A DNA stretch of 64,000 nt from Pirellulales bacterium (GTDB lineage: Bacteria; Planctomycetota; Planctomycetia; Pirellulales; PALSA-1355). Where the stretch lies: NCBI GenBank assembly GCA_963733035.1, contig CAVTBU010000008.1, positions 160,001 to 224,000 on the forward strand. The letters are read 5' to 3'. Under the pieces are notes generated by a model that saw only the letters and a program-made list of their open reading frames with translations, was not told the origin of the DNA and did not search any database. The translations under genes and the position numbers were made by a program. Below, one piece after another: positions 24,748-35,000 of this stretch. Position 1 is the first letter of the stretch, and each line of letters begins with the position of its first letter.

Positions 24748-25953
24748 TCAAAACTCTTCCAAATCTCGCGGCTCGTCGGGAAGCTGCCGGACCGGGTACT
24801 GCAGCTTTAAAAGCGGCGGAACCATGAACGTCGTCACAATGACCATTAGCGTGACGGCGCTAAACAACTTCGAGTCGAGCACTCCGGTTGCCAAGCCCAT
24901 GTTGGCAAAGATCAACCCAACCTCGCCGCGCGGAATCATACCCAGTCCAACCACCAGCTTTCTACCTTTGAACCAAAAGGGCACGTAGCCGGCCGCCAGC
25001 TTGCCAAGAATCGCGACCAGGATCAACGACGCGCCAACGGCCAGCGTGTGCCAATTTTCCTGCTCAAAGGGATTGAACGCTCGCAGGTCAACTGCCGCGC
25101 CAACATAGACAAAGAACAACGGCACGAAAAAGTGTCCGAGGTGACCAATGCCCTCTTCGATTTCACCTGCCCGCTTCGATCGCCGGAGCACAAGTCCGGC
25201 CGTGAAGGCTCCAATGATCATTGCCGAGCCGACCGCGTGCGCCAGCCAAGCCATGCCGAACGCCACGATCAATGCAAGCACGGTCAACGTCCCCCGCACC
25301 TTGACGCGCGACACCAATTCGACCAGCAGCGGCACCACAGCGATGCCGACCGCCAGCGCGATCACCAGGAATCCGAACGCCACCGCCGTGGTCGTGATTA
25401 CAAACATCGCATCGACGTCTTGTCCACGCGTGGCCGCCTCGACCACGGTCAAAATAATCAGGCCCACAATATCGTCGATGACCGCCGCCCCCAGGATCAC
25501 TTTCCCCTCGGCCTCTTGCAGACGGCCAAGATCCGAAAGCACGCGGGCGGTGATACCCACGCTCGTAGCCGTCAGTGCCGCGCCACAGACGACCGCGGCC
25601 ATGACGCTCAGGCCCAGCCCCCAGGCAACCAGATAGCCCATCCCAAACGGCAAGGCGACACCAACCACGGCCACCGCGGTCGAAGTCGGGCCGGCGCTGA
25701 CCAACTCGGCGATGTCGGTTTCCAAACCGATTTCGAACAGCAACAGCACCACGCCAATTTCGGCGAACAAGTGAAACACCTGGTTCGACGGGTCAAGAAA
25801 GCCCCCCACCGAAACCCCGACCAATACGCCCGCGATCAATTCGCCAAGCACCACGGGCTGGCCGATCCGCTGCGCGACGATGCCAACGGCCTTGGCCGTG
25901 GCGATCAGAATCACGAGCAAGCGCAGCACGTCGGGAACGTCAATATGTTCCAT
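24748..25953 (-). CDS. cation:proton antiporter (CPA2/NapA-like)
   Basis: QPVVLGELIAG, LLFEIGLETD, ATSVGITARVL, AAVIDD, GMIPRGEVGLIFA. Confidence 0.93.
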   Translation of the reverse strand: MEHIDVPDVLRLLVILIATAKAVGIVAQRIGQPVVLGELIAGVLVGVSVGGFLDPSNQVFHLFAEIGVVLLLFEIGLETDIAELVSAGPTSTAVAVVGVALPFGMGYLVAWGLGLSVMAAVVCGAALTATSVGITARVLSDLGRLQEAEGKVILGAAVIDDIVGLIILTVVEAATRGQDVDAMFVITTTAVAFGFLVIALAVGIAVVPLLVELVSRVKVRGTLTVLALIVAFGMAWLAHAVGSAMIIGAFTAGLVLRRSKRAGEIEEGIGHLGHFFVPLFFVYVGAAVDLRAFNPFEQENWHTLAVGASLILVAILGKLAAGYVPFWFKGRKLVVGLGMIPRGEVGLIFANMGLATGVLDSKLFSAVTLMVIVTTFMVPPLLKLQYPVRQLPDEPRDLEEF

Positions 25954-26062
25954 GCGGGCCTCCGGGAACGAGATGCGTCAAAGTCGAATTCTATTCGACA
26001 ATGCAGATGCGCATACCCCGAAGCGCGCTAACCGCCAGCTTATGCTGCGATATTTTTCCGGC

Positions 26063-27154
26063 CTAGTCACCACCAGCCACGACGGCCCGCTCGCGTGTAT
26101 GGTGGCCGGCGATCCCCAGGTTGCGATGGGCGACTAACTCGGCCGTGATGCTGACGGCAATTTCCATGACCGTCTGCGAGCCGATATCGAGACCGACCGG
26201 AGCATAGACTTCGCGGAGCGACTCTGCCGTGATGCCTTCTGCCAACAGGTCGTCGAAGATGAGCTTGATCTTCCGCTTGCTGCCAATCATGCCAACGTAG
26301 CGTGCGCCCCGATTGATGAGGTGATAAAGTGCCTCCTCATCATGATTGTGTCCGCGGGTAACGATTAGGCAGTAGGTGTTCGGCGTAATGTCGAGTGCCG
26401 GCAGCACTTCTCCCATCGAGCCGGCAATGCGCCGTTCGGCCCGAGGAAATCGCTCCTCGCTGACGAACTCGCCCCGGTCGTCAACGACCCATACGTCAAA
26501 ATCCAGGTCGGTTGCCAGGTTGCCGACCGCCCGGCCAACGTGTCCACCCCCGACGATCACCAGCCGACACCGCTCGAGCAACGGCAAATAAGCGACGCCA
26601 TGTGCCGCCGACGGCCTGGGCCGCTCGGATTGAGGCCGCAACGACTGTCTCACCTTCGCCGGTGCGTCGCCTGCGTCCGCCGGACCGCGCACGCATGCGA
26701 CTAGTCGTCCTTCCGCGTCAAACAGGTAACATGCACCCGCCGGCAGTCCGCTCGCTTCAGCGTCAAACACGATGGCCTCGGTGCAGCCAGCGCCGCTGCC
26801 GACGAGCGCTTGAAGTTGCTCGAAGTAGCGTCGCTCCTCGGTATCGGCCAGCGGGTCGATGAGTACTTGCATACGCCCGCCGCAGATCAAACCGTCGTCC
26901 CAACCGTAGTCGTCGTCGAGTTGGAAACGCACCACTTCGGCGGCCCCGCCGTTCAGCACTGCGAGAGCCTGCCGTTTCACTTCCGCTTCGACGCAACCGC
27001 CACCAAGCGTGCCAGACTGTGAGCCGTCATCGAAGACCAGCATCGATGCCCCCGGCTTCTGCGGTGTTGAACCGCGGGTTTCCACCAGACGGCAACAGGC
27101 CACGCGCCGCCCCTGGGCCGTGGAAGAAAGGAGTTGATCGACGAGTTCGCGCAT
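26063..27154 (-). CDS. XdhC/CoxI family Moco chaperone
   Basis: GSTPQKPGA, GTLGGGCVE, GLICGG, VTRGHNHD, YVGMIGSKRK, APVGLDIG. Confidence 0.92.
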   Translation of the reverse strand: MRELVDQLLSSTAQGRRVACCRLVETRGSTPQKPGASMLVFDDGSQSGTLGGGCVEAEVKRQALAVLNGGAAEVVRFQLDDDYGWDDGLICGGRMQVLIDPLADTEERRYFEQLQALVGSGAGCTEAIVFDAEASGLPAGACYLFDAEGRLVACVRGPADAGDAPAKVRQSLRPQSERPRPSAAHGVAYLPLLERCRLVIVGGGHVGRAVGNLATDLDFDVWVVDDRGEFVSEERFPRAERRIAGSMGEVLPALDITPNTYCLIVTRGHNHDEEALYHLINRGARYVGMIGSKRKIKLIFDDLLAEGITAESLREVYAPVGLDIGSQTVMEIAVSITAELVAHRNLGIAGHHTRERAVVAGGD

Positions 27155-27295
27155 GAGCTAAACTGTGTGCGAAGTGGCTGGTAGGTGAGTAGATGATCGG
27201 TGGGCCGAACCCGCCACGGTCTAGTATATGTCGGTATCTTCGGGCAGACACTCCCCCGGTACCCTTGAATCCGACGAAATACAACGAGTTTGCCG

Positions 27296-27802
27296 ATGCG
27301 GTTCACGATTCGCCAGGAACAACCAGTGGATCGGCCAGCCATCTTCGAGGTGCTCCGGCGGGCTTTCGAGCAAGACGCCGAGGCCAAACTTGTCGAAAAT
27401 TTGCGCAATGGCGATTACATACGACTGTCGATGGTGGCCGAACTCGAGGGACACGTTGTTGGGCACATTCTTTACTCAAAGCTAAATATCGTTCGAGAAT
27501 CCGAAACGACCGCTGCGCTGGCACTGGCACCGATGGCCGTGCTCCCCGAATATCAATCGCTCGGCATCGGCGTCGCTCTAGTTCGCGGCAGCCTCGACAT
27601 CTGTCGCCAACAGGGGCACCAGATCGTCATCGTGCTGGGCCATCCAGATTACTATGCACGTTTCGGCTTTTCGTCCCGGTTGGCCTTGCCGCTCGAATCA
27701 CCCTATGCCGGCGACTCCTTCATGGCGTTGGAACTCGTGCCCGACGCACTCCAGAATGTTCGGGGCAGGGTAGAGTATGCTCCACCCTTTAGCGAGCTCT
27801 GA
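27296..27802 (+). CDS. GNAT N-acetyltransferase (YhbS-like)
   Basis: EAKLVENLR, LAPMAVLPEYQSLGIG, VLGHPDYYARFGF. Confidence 0.9.
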   Translation: MRFTIRQEQPVDRPAIFEVLRRAFEQDAEAKLVENLRNGDYIRLSMVAELEGHVVGHILYSKLNIVRESETTAALALAPMAVLPEYQSLGIGVALVRGSLDICRQQGHQIVIVLGHPDYYARFGFSSRLALPLESPYAGDSFMALELVPDALQNVRGRVEYAPPFSEL

Positions 27803-27965
27803 TCGCCGCTTCAAAACGTGCTAGCCCCGACGGATTGGATTTGACGAAGGGCTGACGCGACTGGGCCGCTCCACGCGTCCTGTGCCCGTCCTTCTCAATT
27901 CTACCGCTACCGGATAGGATGACGGAGCAGCCTTTCCCCTCGCCGTTTGACGTGTTTGCGCCCCA

Positions 27966-28943
27966 ATGATGAGCCGAATTGACTCGCCCCTTCCGCGTCT
28001 CCAGCCGGAGCCGCTGCCCGACAACCTGCCGAGCGTGCAGCCGGGCGGAGGCCGCTGTTATTCGCTGGAATTAACTTGGGGACGCTGGCGGCGTTGGTGG
28101 CTCCGCACGTTTCGCCAAGCTTATGTTCAGCGCATGGCGGCCCGGCGCCGGGGCTCGGACGAAGGAGCCCCGCACGCAATTCTCGACCCGCGCGATTTGA
28201 AGTATTGCCGCAATCGCGTGACCTGCGATTGGGCAGCGGCCGACGATCCATTTCGCTGGCGAGACCGCCTGCCGTTCGCCCGTTGGGGATTGGCCGAAAT
28301 GCAGATCATGGGCTACCCGCTGTTGGCGCTCGCGTTGCTTGGCGGCTGGTATCATTGGAGCCTGGCGATCGCGCCCGCGGTGCTTTTTGGATTCGTGCTG
28401 TATTTCTTCCGCGACCCGCCGCGGCGCGTGCCTAGCGAACCGGGAATGCTCGTGTCGCCTGCCGATGGAAAGGTCGTCGAGATCGCCAAAATCGACCACG
28501 ACGACTTTATCGGCGGTCCGGCCGTGCGAATCGGCATCTTCCTTTCGGTTTTCAACGTCCATATCAACCGGGCTCCGTCCAAATCACGCGTCATTCGCCT
28601 GGCGTACCATCCCGGGCTGTTTCTCAATGCCCTCAATCCCGAAAGTGCGCTGCGTAACGAGAACCTCTGGATTGGGTTGGAGGAAGAGGCGTCGCCACAT
28701 CGCCGGCTGATCGTGCGTCAGATCGCCGGCCTGCTCGCACGCCGCATCGTGTGTAACCTCCGCAGCGGCGAAATCGTCGCCCGCGGACACAAATTCGGTA
28801 TGATCAAACTCGGCTCGCGAACGGAATTGCTCATGCCTGATGAGGTAGGCTTGCAAGTTGTTGCCAAGATCGGCGACAAGGTGCAAGGTGGCAGCACGGT
28901 ATTGGCCCGCTTTGAAGCGGCCGCTGCCGACGAATTGAACTGA
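27966..28943 (+). CDS. psd: phosphatidylserine decarboxylase proenzyme
   Basis: FFRDPPR, SPADGKV, IFLSVFNVHINR, QIAG, self-cleavage motif KLGSRT; followed by pssA. Confidence 0.93.
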   Translation: MMSRIDSPLPRLQPEPLPDNLPSVQPGGGRCYSLELTWGRWRRWWLRTFRQAYVQRMAARRRGSDEGAPHAILDPRDLKYCRNRVTCDWAAADDPFRWRDRLPFARWGLAEMQIMGYPLLALALLGGWYHWSLAIAPAVLFGFVLYFFRDPPRRVPSEPGMLVSPADGKVVEIAKIDHDDFIGGPAVRIGIFLSVFNVHINRAPSKSRVIRLAYHPGLFLNALNPESALRNENLWIGLEEEASPHRRLIVRQIAGLLARRIVCNLRSGEIVARGHKFGMIKLGSRTELLMPDEVGLQVVAKIGDKVQGGSTVLARFEAAAADELN

Positions 28944-28959
28944 AAGGAACCCGCACGTC

Positions 28960-29817
28960 ATGCGTCGCATTCGCACCGTCGCCGTGTTTCCCACGGTGTT
29001 CACGTTGGCCAATTTGATTTGCGGATTTTTCGCGATCGTCGTGGCCGCGCGCGTCGAACGGCCGACTTCGCTCGAACCGCCTGCGGCGGTCAACAAGATT
29101 TCTTTCAGCAATCCCAAACTCGATCCGACGAACGACACGCACAACATCATGCTTAGCGGGTGGCTGATTTTTCTGGCCATGATTTTCGATGCCCTCGATG
29201 GCCACGTGGCGCGGCTGGCGCGATCCACCTCGGATTTTGGCGCACAACTGGATAGCTTATGCGACCTGGTGTCGTTCGGCGTGGCGCCCGGCTTTCTATT
29301 GGTCAAGATGTGTCCGACATTCACCTATTCGCACGACAAGATATGGCTCATCGCCGCCGCCTTTGCCGCCTGCGCCGCCTTGCGACTCGCCCGATTCAAC
29401 GTGGAAACGGGCGAAGATGACGATCACATGAACTTCAACGGTCTGCCATCGCCGGCCGGAGCCGCGTCGATCGCCGGCTTCGCCATCCTGTTTTACGAAT
29501 TGCGCCGCTCCGGCCCCGAGCTCATGTATGGCGCCGAAATCGACCGGGCCGTGCAGATGGCCTTGCCGTTTTTCGCGCTCTTCGTGGCGCTGCTGATGGT
29601 GTCGCGAATTCCGTATCCGCATATCGTCAACCAGGTGCTGCGTGGCCAGCGGAGCTTCGGGCACGTGGTGCTGCTGGTATTCGCGTTTGTGTTCATCATG
29701 TCAATCCGCGGTTACGCGTTACCCGTGCTGTGCGCTGCGTTCGTCCTGGTGGGCCCCATCCGGTACGCCTGGCATCGGCTGTTTCTGCGGGAACCCTCGC
29801 AGGATCCCATTTTCTGA
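28960..29817 (+). CDS. pssA: CDP-diacylglycerol-serine O-phosphatidyltransferase
   Basis: CDP-alcohol motif DALDGHVAR...GAQLDSLCD, LRLARFN, FNGLPSP, LMVSRIPY. Confidence 0.9.
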   Translation: MRRIRTVAVFPTVFTLANLICGFFAIVVAARVERPTSLEPPAAVNKISFSNPKLDPTNDTHNIMLSGWLIFLAMIFDALDGHVARLARSTSDFGAQLDSLCDLVSFGVAPGFLLVKMCPTFTYSHDKIWLIAAAFAACAALRLARFNVETGEDDDHMNFNGLPSPAGAASIAGFAILFYELRRSGPELMYGAEIDRAVQMALPFFALFVALLMVSRIPYPHIVNQVLRGQRSFGHVVLLVFAFVFIMSIRGYALPVLCAAFVLVGPIRYAWHRLFLREPSQDPIF

Positions 29818-29875
29818 TCGGACCTGCCGGAGTCGCCACGAGCGCGAACCCGCCGCAACGTCAACGGCAAGAACC

Positions 29876-30475
29876 ATGTTTACCGGACTTGTTCAATCCC
29901 TGGCCACCGTGCGCGACATCCAACCGGCCGAGCCCGGTTGCCGGCTATGTATCGAAGACCCCGACATTGCCTCGGCAGCCAAACTCGGCGACAGCATCGC
30001 GGTGAACGGTTGCTGCCTGACGGTCGTCGACATCGCCGACGGGTGCCTCGGCTTTGACGCGGGCCCCGAGACCTTGAGTTGCACCAACCTCGGCAAGCTT
30101 CAGCCTGGTGGAAAAGTGAATCTCGAGGCGTCGCTCCGCGTGGGAGACCAGCTCGGCGGCCACTTCGTGACCGGCCATGTCGAGGCTGTCGGCACGGTCG
30201 ACCAGCGGCAAGACGATCGCGACTGGTCGACGTTCTGGTTTCGATTCCCTCGGGAGCTGGACCGGTATCTGGTTCCCAAGGGCTCGGTTGCCGTCGATGG
30301 CGTCAGCCTGACGGTCGTTGATGTCGAAGCGGACCGCTTCAGCGTGCAGTTGATTCCGCATACCCTGGCCGTCACCACACTCGGCCGCCGCGACGTCGGT
30401 GACCACGTGAATCTCGAGACGGACCTGCTGGCGAAGTATGTGCAGAAGCAGTTCGCGGCCGAAAGCCAATCATGA
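29876..30475 (+). CDS. ribE: riboflavin synthase
   Basis: MFTGLV start, GDSIAVNGCCLT, GGHFVTGHV, KGSVAVDGVSLT, LIPHT, VNLETD. Confidence 0.96.
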   Translation: MFTGLVQSLATVRDIQPAEPGCRLCIEDPDIASAAKLGDSIAVNGCCLTVVDIADGCLGFDAGPETLSCTNLGKLQPGGKVNLEASLRVGDQLGGHFVTGHVEAVGTVDQRQDDRDWSTFWFRFPRELDRYLVPKGSVAVDGVSLTVVDVEADRFSVQLIPHTLAVTTLGRRDVGDHVNLETDLLAKYVQKQFAAESQS

Positions 30476-31385
30476 GCGCGCCGGCGAGCCATCAAACGAT
30501 CTCGTACCTCGGCAAGCGCTTCGCCGAATCGGGCATCCGGCTCAATCACCGCCACGGACAGAACTTTCTCGTCGATCTGAACCTGTTGCGCCTCATCGCC
30601 CAGCGCCGCAAATCGAACCCCAAGACGTTGTGCTCGAAGTGGGCACCGGTACCGGAGCACTCACCGCACTGGTTGCTCCCCAGGCCGCCGCAGTGGTGAC
30701 GGTCGAAATCGATCCGCAACTTTACCAACTCGCCCGCGAGGAATTGATCGAGTTCGGCAATATCACGATGTTGCAAGTCGATGCCCTGCGGAACAAGAGC
30801 CACTTGAGCGACGACGTGATCGCCGCCGTGCAAGATCAATTGGCTAGGGGATCTGACCGCCGGCTCAAGCTAGTGGCCAATTTGCCCTACTCGGTCGCCA
30901 CGCCGGTCATGGCCAACTTGCTTGCCTCACCGATTGTGCCGCAGTCGATGACCGTGACCATCCAAAAGGAAGTCGCCGATCGCATTGCCGCCGCGCCAGA
31001 GACCAAAGACTACGGCGCGCTGGGCATCTGGATGCAAAGCCAATGTCGCGTGGAACTGGTTCGCATGCTGCCGCCCAGCGTGTTTTGGCCCAGGCCCAAG
31101 GTTACGTCGGCCATCCTGCACATTGAAGTCGACCCCCAGCTGCGGGCGCAGATTCCCGATCTTGCTTTCTTTCACGAGTTCGTCCGTTCGCTCTTCCTTC
31201 ATCGCCGGAAGTTCTTGCGGAGTGCGATGGCAAGCGGCCTCAGGGGAAAACTCGAAAAACCCGACGTTGACGCCGCCCTGGCGGCCGTCGACCTCAGCCC
31301 CAACCTGCGTGCTGAACAGATCGACGTGCCAACCATGTTGCGGCTTTGCGAAGCGGTGCGACATCGCCTGACTAAGATGAATTAG
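30472..31385 (+). CDS. rsmA: 16S rRNA dimethyladenosine transferase, frameshift near 30607
   Basis: HGQNFLVD in one frame; VLEVGTGTGALT, VANLPY, QKEVA, FWPRPKVTSA, RRKFL in the next. Confidence 0.93.
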
Positions 31386-31464
31386 GCAGGATGTTCATTC
31401 CCAGGCCGCGATCCGCTATGATGTAGCGATCACGAAAGGACTTTCGTCCCTGGAAAACGAGCCC

Positions 31465-31686
31465 ATGAAATTCGTCGAAATTAACGGCGCCACCTTGCTC
31501 AAGCTCGTCGGTGAAGAAGAGATTCCCGGCCTGCGCGGGGCAGGCGTTACCGATCAGAGCCAGGTACGCATCAATCCCCAGGGAGACATCGAGATTCTTC
31601 AGCGGGGAGAGTGGAGCATCATCGGTGGGCTGATCGGCGACTATGCCAGCCGGATCCACAAGTTGACGGGCCGTGACTGGACTTAA
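31465..31686 (+). CDS. small hypothetical protein (73 aa)
   Basis: Clean ORF with typical codon usage filling the gap; VRINPQGDIE..GGLIGDY. Confidence 0.65.
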   Translation: MKFVEINGATLLKLVGEEEIPGLRGAGVTDQSQVRINPQGDIEILQRGEWSIIGGLIGDYASRIHKLTGRDWT

Positions 31687-32049
31687 ATCGGACGCGTTTT
31701 CTGCATCCAGATCAGCGAACATTTCACGCAAGCCGGCCGGAAATAACAGTAGACTAAATGCGTATTTTGGATAATATGCGTTGAGTTTGAAGAGCGTTGG
31801 CAAACGTGGTATTTTGTGACGGTTGAATCGCCGAACGATATCCGCTTAGGATGACCTTGGCGATTCAATCGGGCGATGTGACGGGTACCAGTTCCGCATC
31901 TGCGGGGTACGTCGGCGCGAACCTTTCCTGGGCAACAAAGACGTATCCTGCCCGAGGCTTGCGCAGGCCGATGGTAAGAATAAGGGCCCGCGCGCGTGCG
32001 GGCATCCCGCCCCAGGTTCACCCGCCTCCAGCAAAGAGTCAGGATAGCC

Positions 32050-35000
32050 GTGCATCTCGATCATTTGCCAGGATCGTTTTTCGGTCCTTCGAACCTCGTT
32101 GACCTGGTTCAGCATCGGGCCGCCCATTCGGCGCACGACCGAGCGTTCATCTACCTGGTCGACGGCGAGACCGAGGAAATCCAACTCACGTACCAGGAGC
32201 TCGACCGCCAGGCTCGCGCTGTCGCCGTGCGCCTCCAGGAGCTGAATCTGGTCGGCGAGCGAGCGCTCCTGTTGTATCCGGCTGGCTTGGACTTCATCGC
32301 CGCTTTTTTTGGATGCTTGTATGCCGGCGTCGTGGCCGTGCCCGCGTACCCGCCCCGGCGGAATCGTTCGCTCTCGCGAATTCAAGCCATTGCCGACGAC
32401 GCCGAAGCCCGCATCGCCCTGACGACGTTTTCTGTTTGGGAACGCGTGCAACCGGTGCTCGACCAAACTCCCGATCTCACGAGAATTGAATGGCTCTGCA
32501 CCGACAAGTTGCCGGCTGAAATCGAGGGACAATGGCAACAACCCGACGTACACGGCGACACGTTGGCGTTCCTGCAATACACGTCCGGGTCGACGGGCAT
32601 CCCCAAGGGCGTCGTGCTCACACATGCCAACCTGATGCACAATTCGGCGTCGATCGCCTATGCATTCGAACATACCCGGAGCGGTAGCGGCGTGTTCTGG
32701 TTGCCCAGTTACCATGACATGGGTCTGATCGGCGGCATCTTGCAGCCCCTCTACATCGGCCAGCCGAACGTGCTGATGAGCCCCATGGCCTTTTTGCAGA
32801 AGCCGTTTCGCTGGTTGAAGGCGATCTCGCGATACCGCGCGACGATCGGCGGTGGACCCAATTTTGCCTACGACCTTTGCGTGCGGAAAATCACTCCGGA
32901 ACAGCGGGCTACGCTCGACTTGAGCAGTTGGAATCTGGCGTTCAACGGCGCCGAACCGGTGCGGGCCGAAACGCTCGATGCGTTTAGCAAGACGTTCGAG
33001 CCGTGTGGTTTCCGCCGCACGGCGTTTTATCCCTGCTATGGCATGGCCGAAGCCACGCTGATCGTTACCGGCGGCTTTAAAGCGGCGCTACCCGTGGTAC
33101 GCACGTTCGACGCCGAGGCCCTGGAAAACAATCAGGTCGTCGACGCCTTGGCAGACGAGGAGGGCGCTCGCGAGATGGTCGGGAGCGGCGGCAAGCTGCT
33201 CGATCAACGAATCGTCATCGCACATCCGGAACACTTGACCACCATGCCGCCGGACCAGGTCGGCGAGATCTGGGTTTCCGGCCCCAGCGTGGCCCAGGGC
33301 TACTGGAACCGTCCCGAGGAAACGGAGCGGACGTTCCACGCGTATTTGAAGGACACCGGCGAAGGGCCGTTCCTACGTACCGGCGATTTGGGTTTCATGC
33401 AGGATGGCGAACTATTCATCACGGGGCGACTGAAAGATTTGATCATCATCCGCGGGCTGAACCACTATCCACAAGACATCGAGGCGACGGCGGAAAAAAG
33501 CCACTCGCGTTTGCGACCCGGCAACGGCGCGGCGTTCGCCTGCGAGATTGACGGCGTTGAGCGATTGATACTCGTCCAGGAAATTGAGCGAGGCCAGCAA
33601 AATGAGCTGGACGCGGTAATTGAATGCATTCGCCGAAATGTTTCGGTTGAGCATGAGTTAGCCGTCGACGCGGTGGCCTTGATGAAGGCCGGCAGCATCC
33701 CCAAGACGTCCAGCGGCAAGATCCAGCGTCATGCCTGCCGCCAGGCCTTTCTCGACGGGTCGCTCGAGGCGGTCGCCATGTGGCGAACCTGGAGTGGCCC
33801 CATCAAGCCGCCGGCTCCGCCGGAAATGGCACCCAGAAAGTCGGTCGGCGAAGTTCCGCGAGAGACAGCCCCCGCCGGCACCCCTCGCCTGAACGGTTCC
33901 TTGCAAGCTCCCGCCACGCAACTTGTCGACTTATCGACCGCGGAAGTTGTACTCGAACACGTGCGAAGGGTAGCCAAGGAGCGGGCCGTCGGCATTACGC
34001 TCGATAGCTCCATTCCGGAACTGGGGCTCGACTCGCTCGAGCGGATGGAAATCATCGCCGCGCTGGAAGAAACCTACGGCGGCCGTTTCCCCGAAGAGGT
34101 GCTGCCTCAGATCGAAACCGTGCGCGAGGTAGCCGCCGCAGTCGAAACGTATCTGGGCAAAACGCCCAAGACACCGGCCCTTCGTGCTGCCAGCGAGGAA
34201 ATTCCGGAGGAAACGTACCGCTTCGAGTTGTTTCCCGAATACCGTCGGCTGCAGCAGCAAATGCAGGACACTTATTCAGCCGGCTACCGCAATCCGTTTT
34301 TCACGGTTCACGAGCGGGTGATCAACGACACCACGCTCATCGACGGACGCGAGATGGTCAGTTTCTCGAGCTACAACTATGTTGGCACCTCGGGCGATCC
34401 TCGAGTCGTGGCCGCGGTGAAACGAGCCGTCGAACGCTACGGCACGAGCGTTTCGGCCAGCCGACTGGTCTCTGGCGAAAAGCCGATTCACCGCGAACTC
34501 GAACAGGCTCTGGCCGACTTCGTCGGCGTGGAAGCCGCGCTGGCCTTCGTCGGCGGTCATAGCACGAATGAAACGACGCTCGGTCATCTGCTTGGCCCAG
34601 GCGATCTGATTTTGCACGATGCCCTGGCCCACAACAGCATTATTCAGGGCGCGATTCTCTCGGGAGCCCGCCGGCGTTCCTTCCCGCACAACGACTGGCG
34701 CGAGCTCGACAAGCTGCTCGCGGAACTCCGACACACCTACCGACGCGTGGTGATCGCCATCGAAGGTGTTTACAGCATGGACGGCGATATCGCGGACTTG
34801 CCACAATTTATCGACGTGAAAAAGCGACACAAAGCGCTCCTCTATGTAGACGAGGCGCATTCGGCCGGCATCCTCGGCGCCCGCGGACGCGGCATCGCCG
34901 AGCACTTTGGCATCGACCCGCACGAAGTCGACATCTGGATGGGCACGCTCAGCAAAGCCTTCGGAAGCTGCGGCGGTTATATCGCCGGACCCAACGCCCT

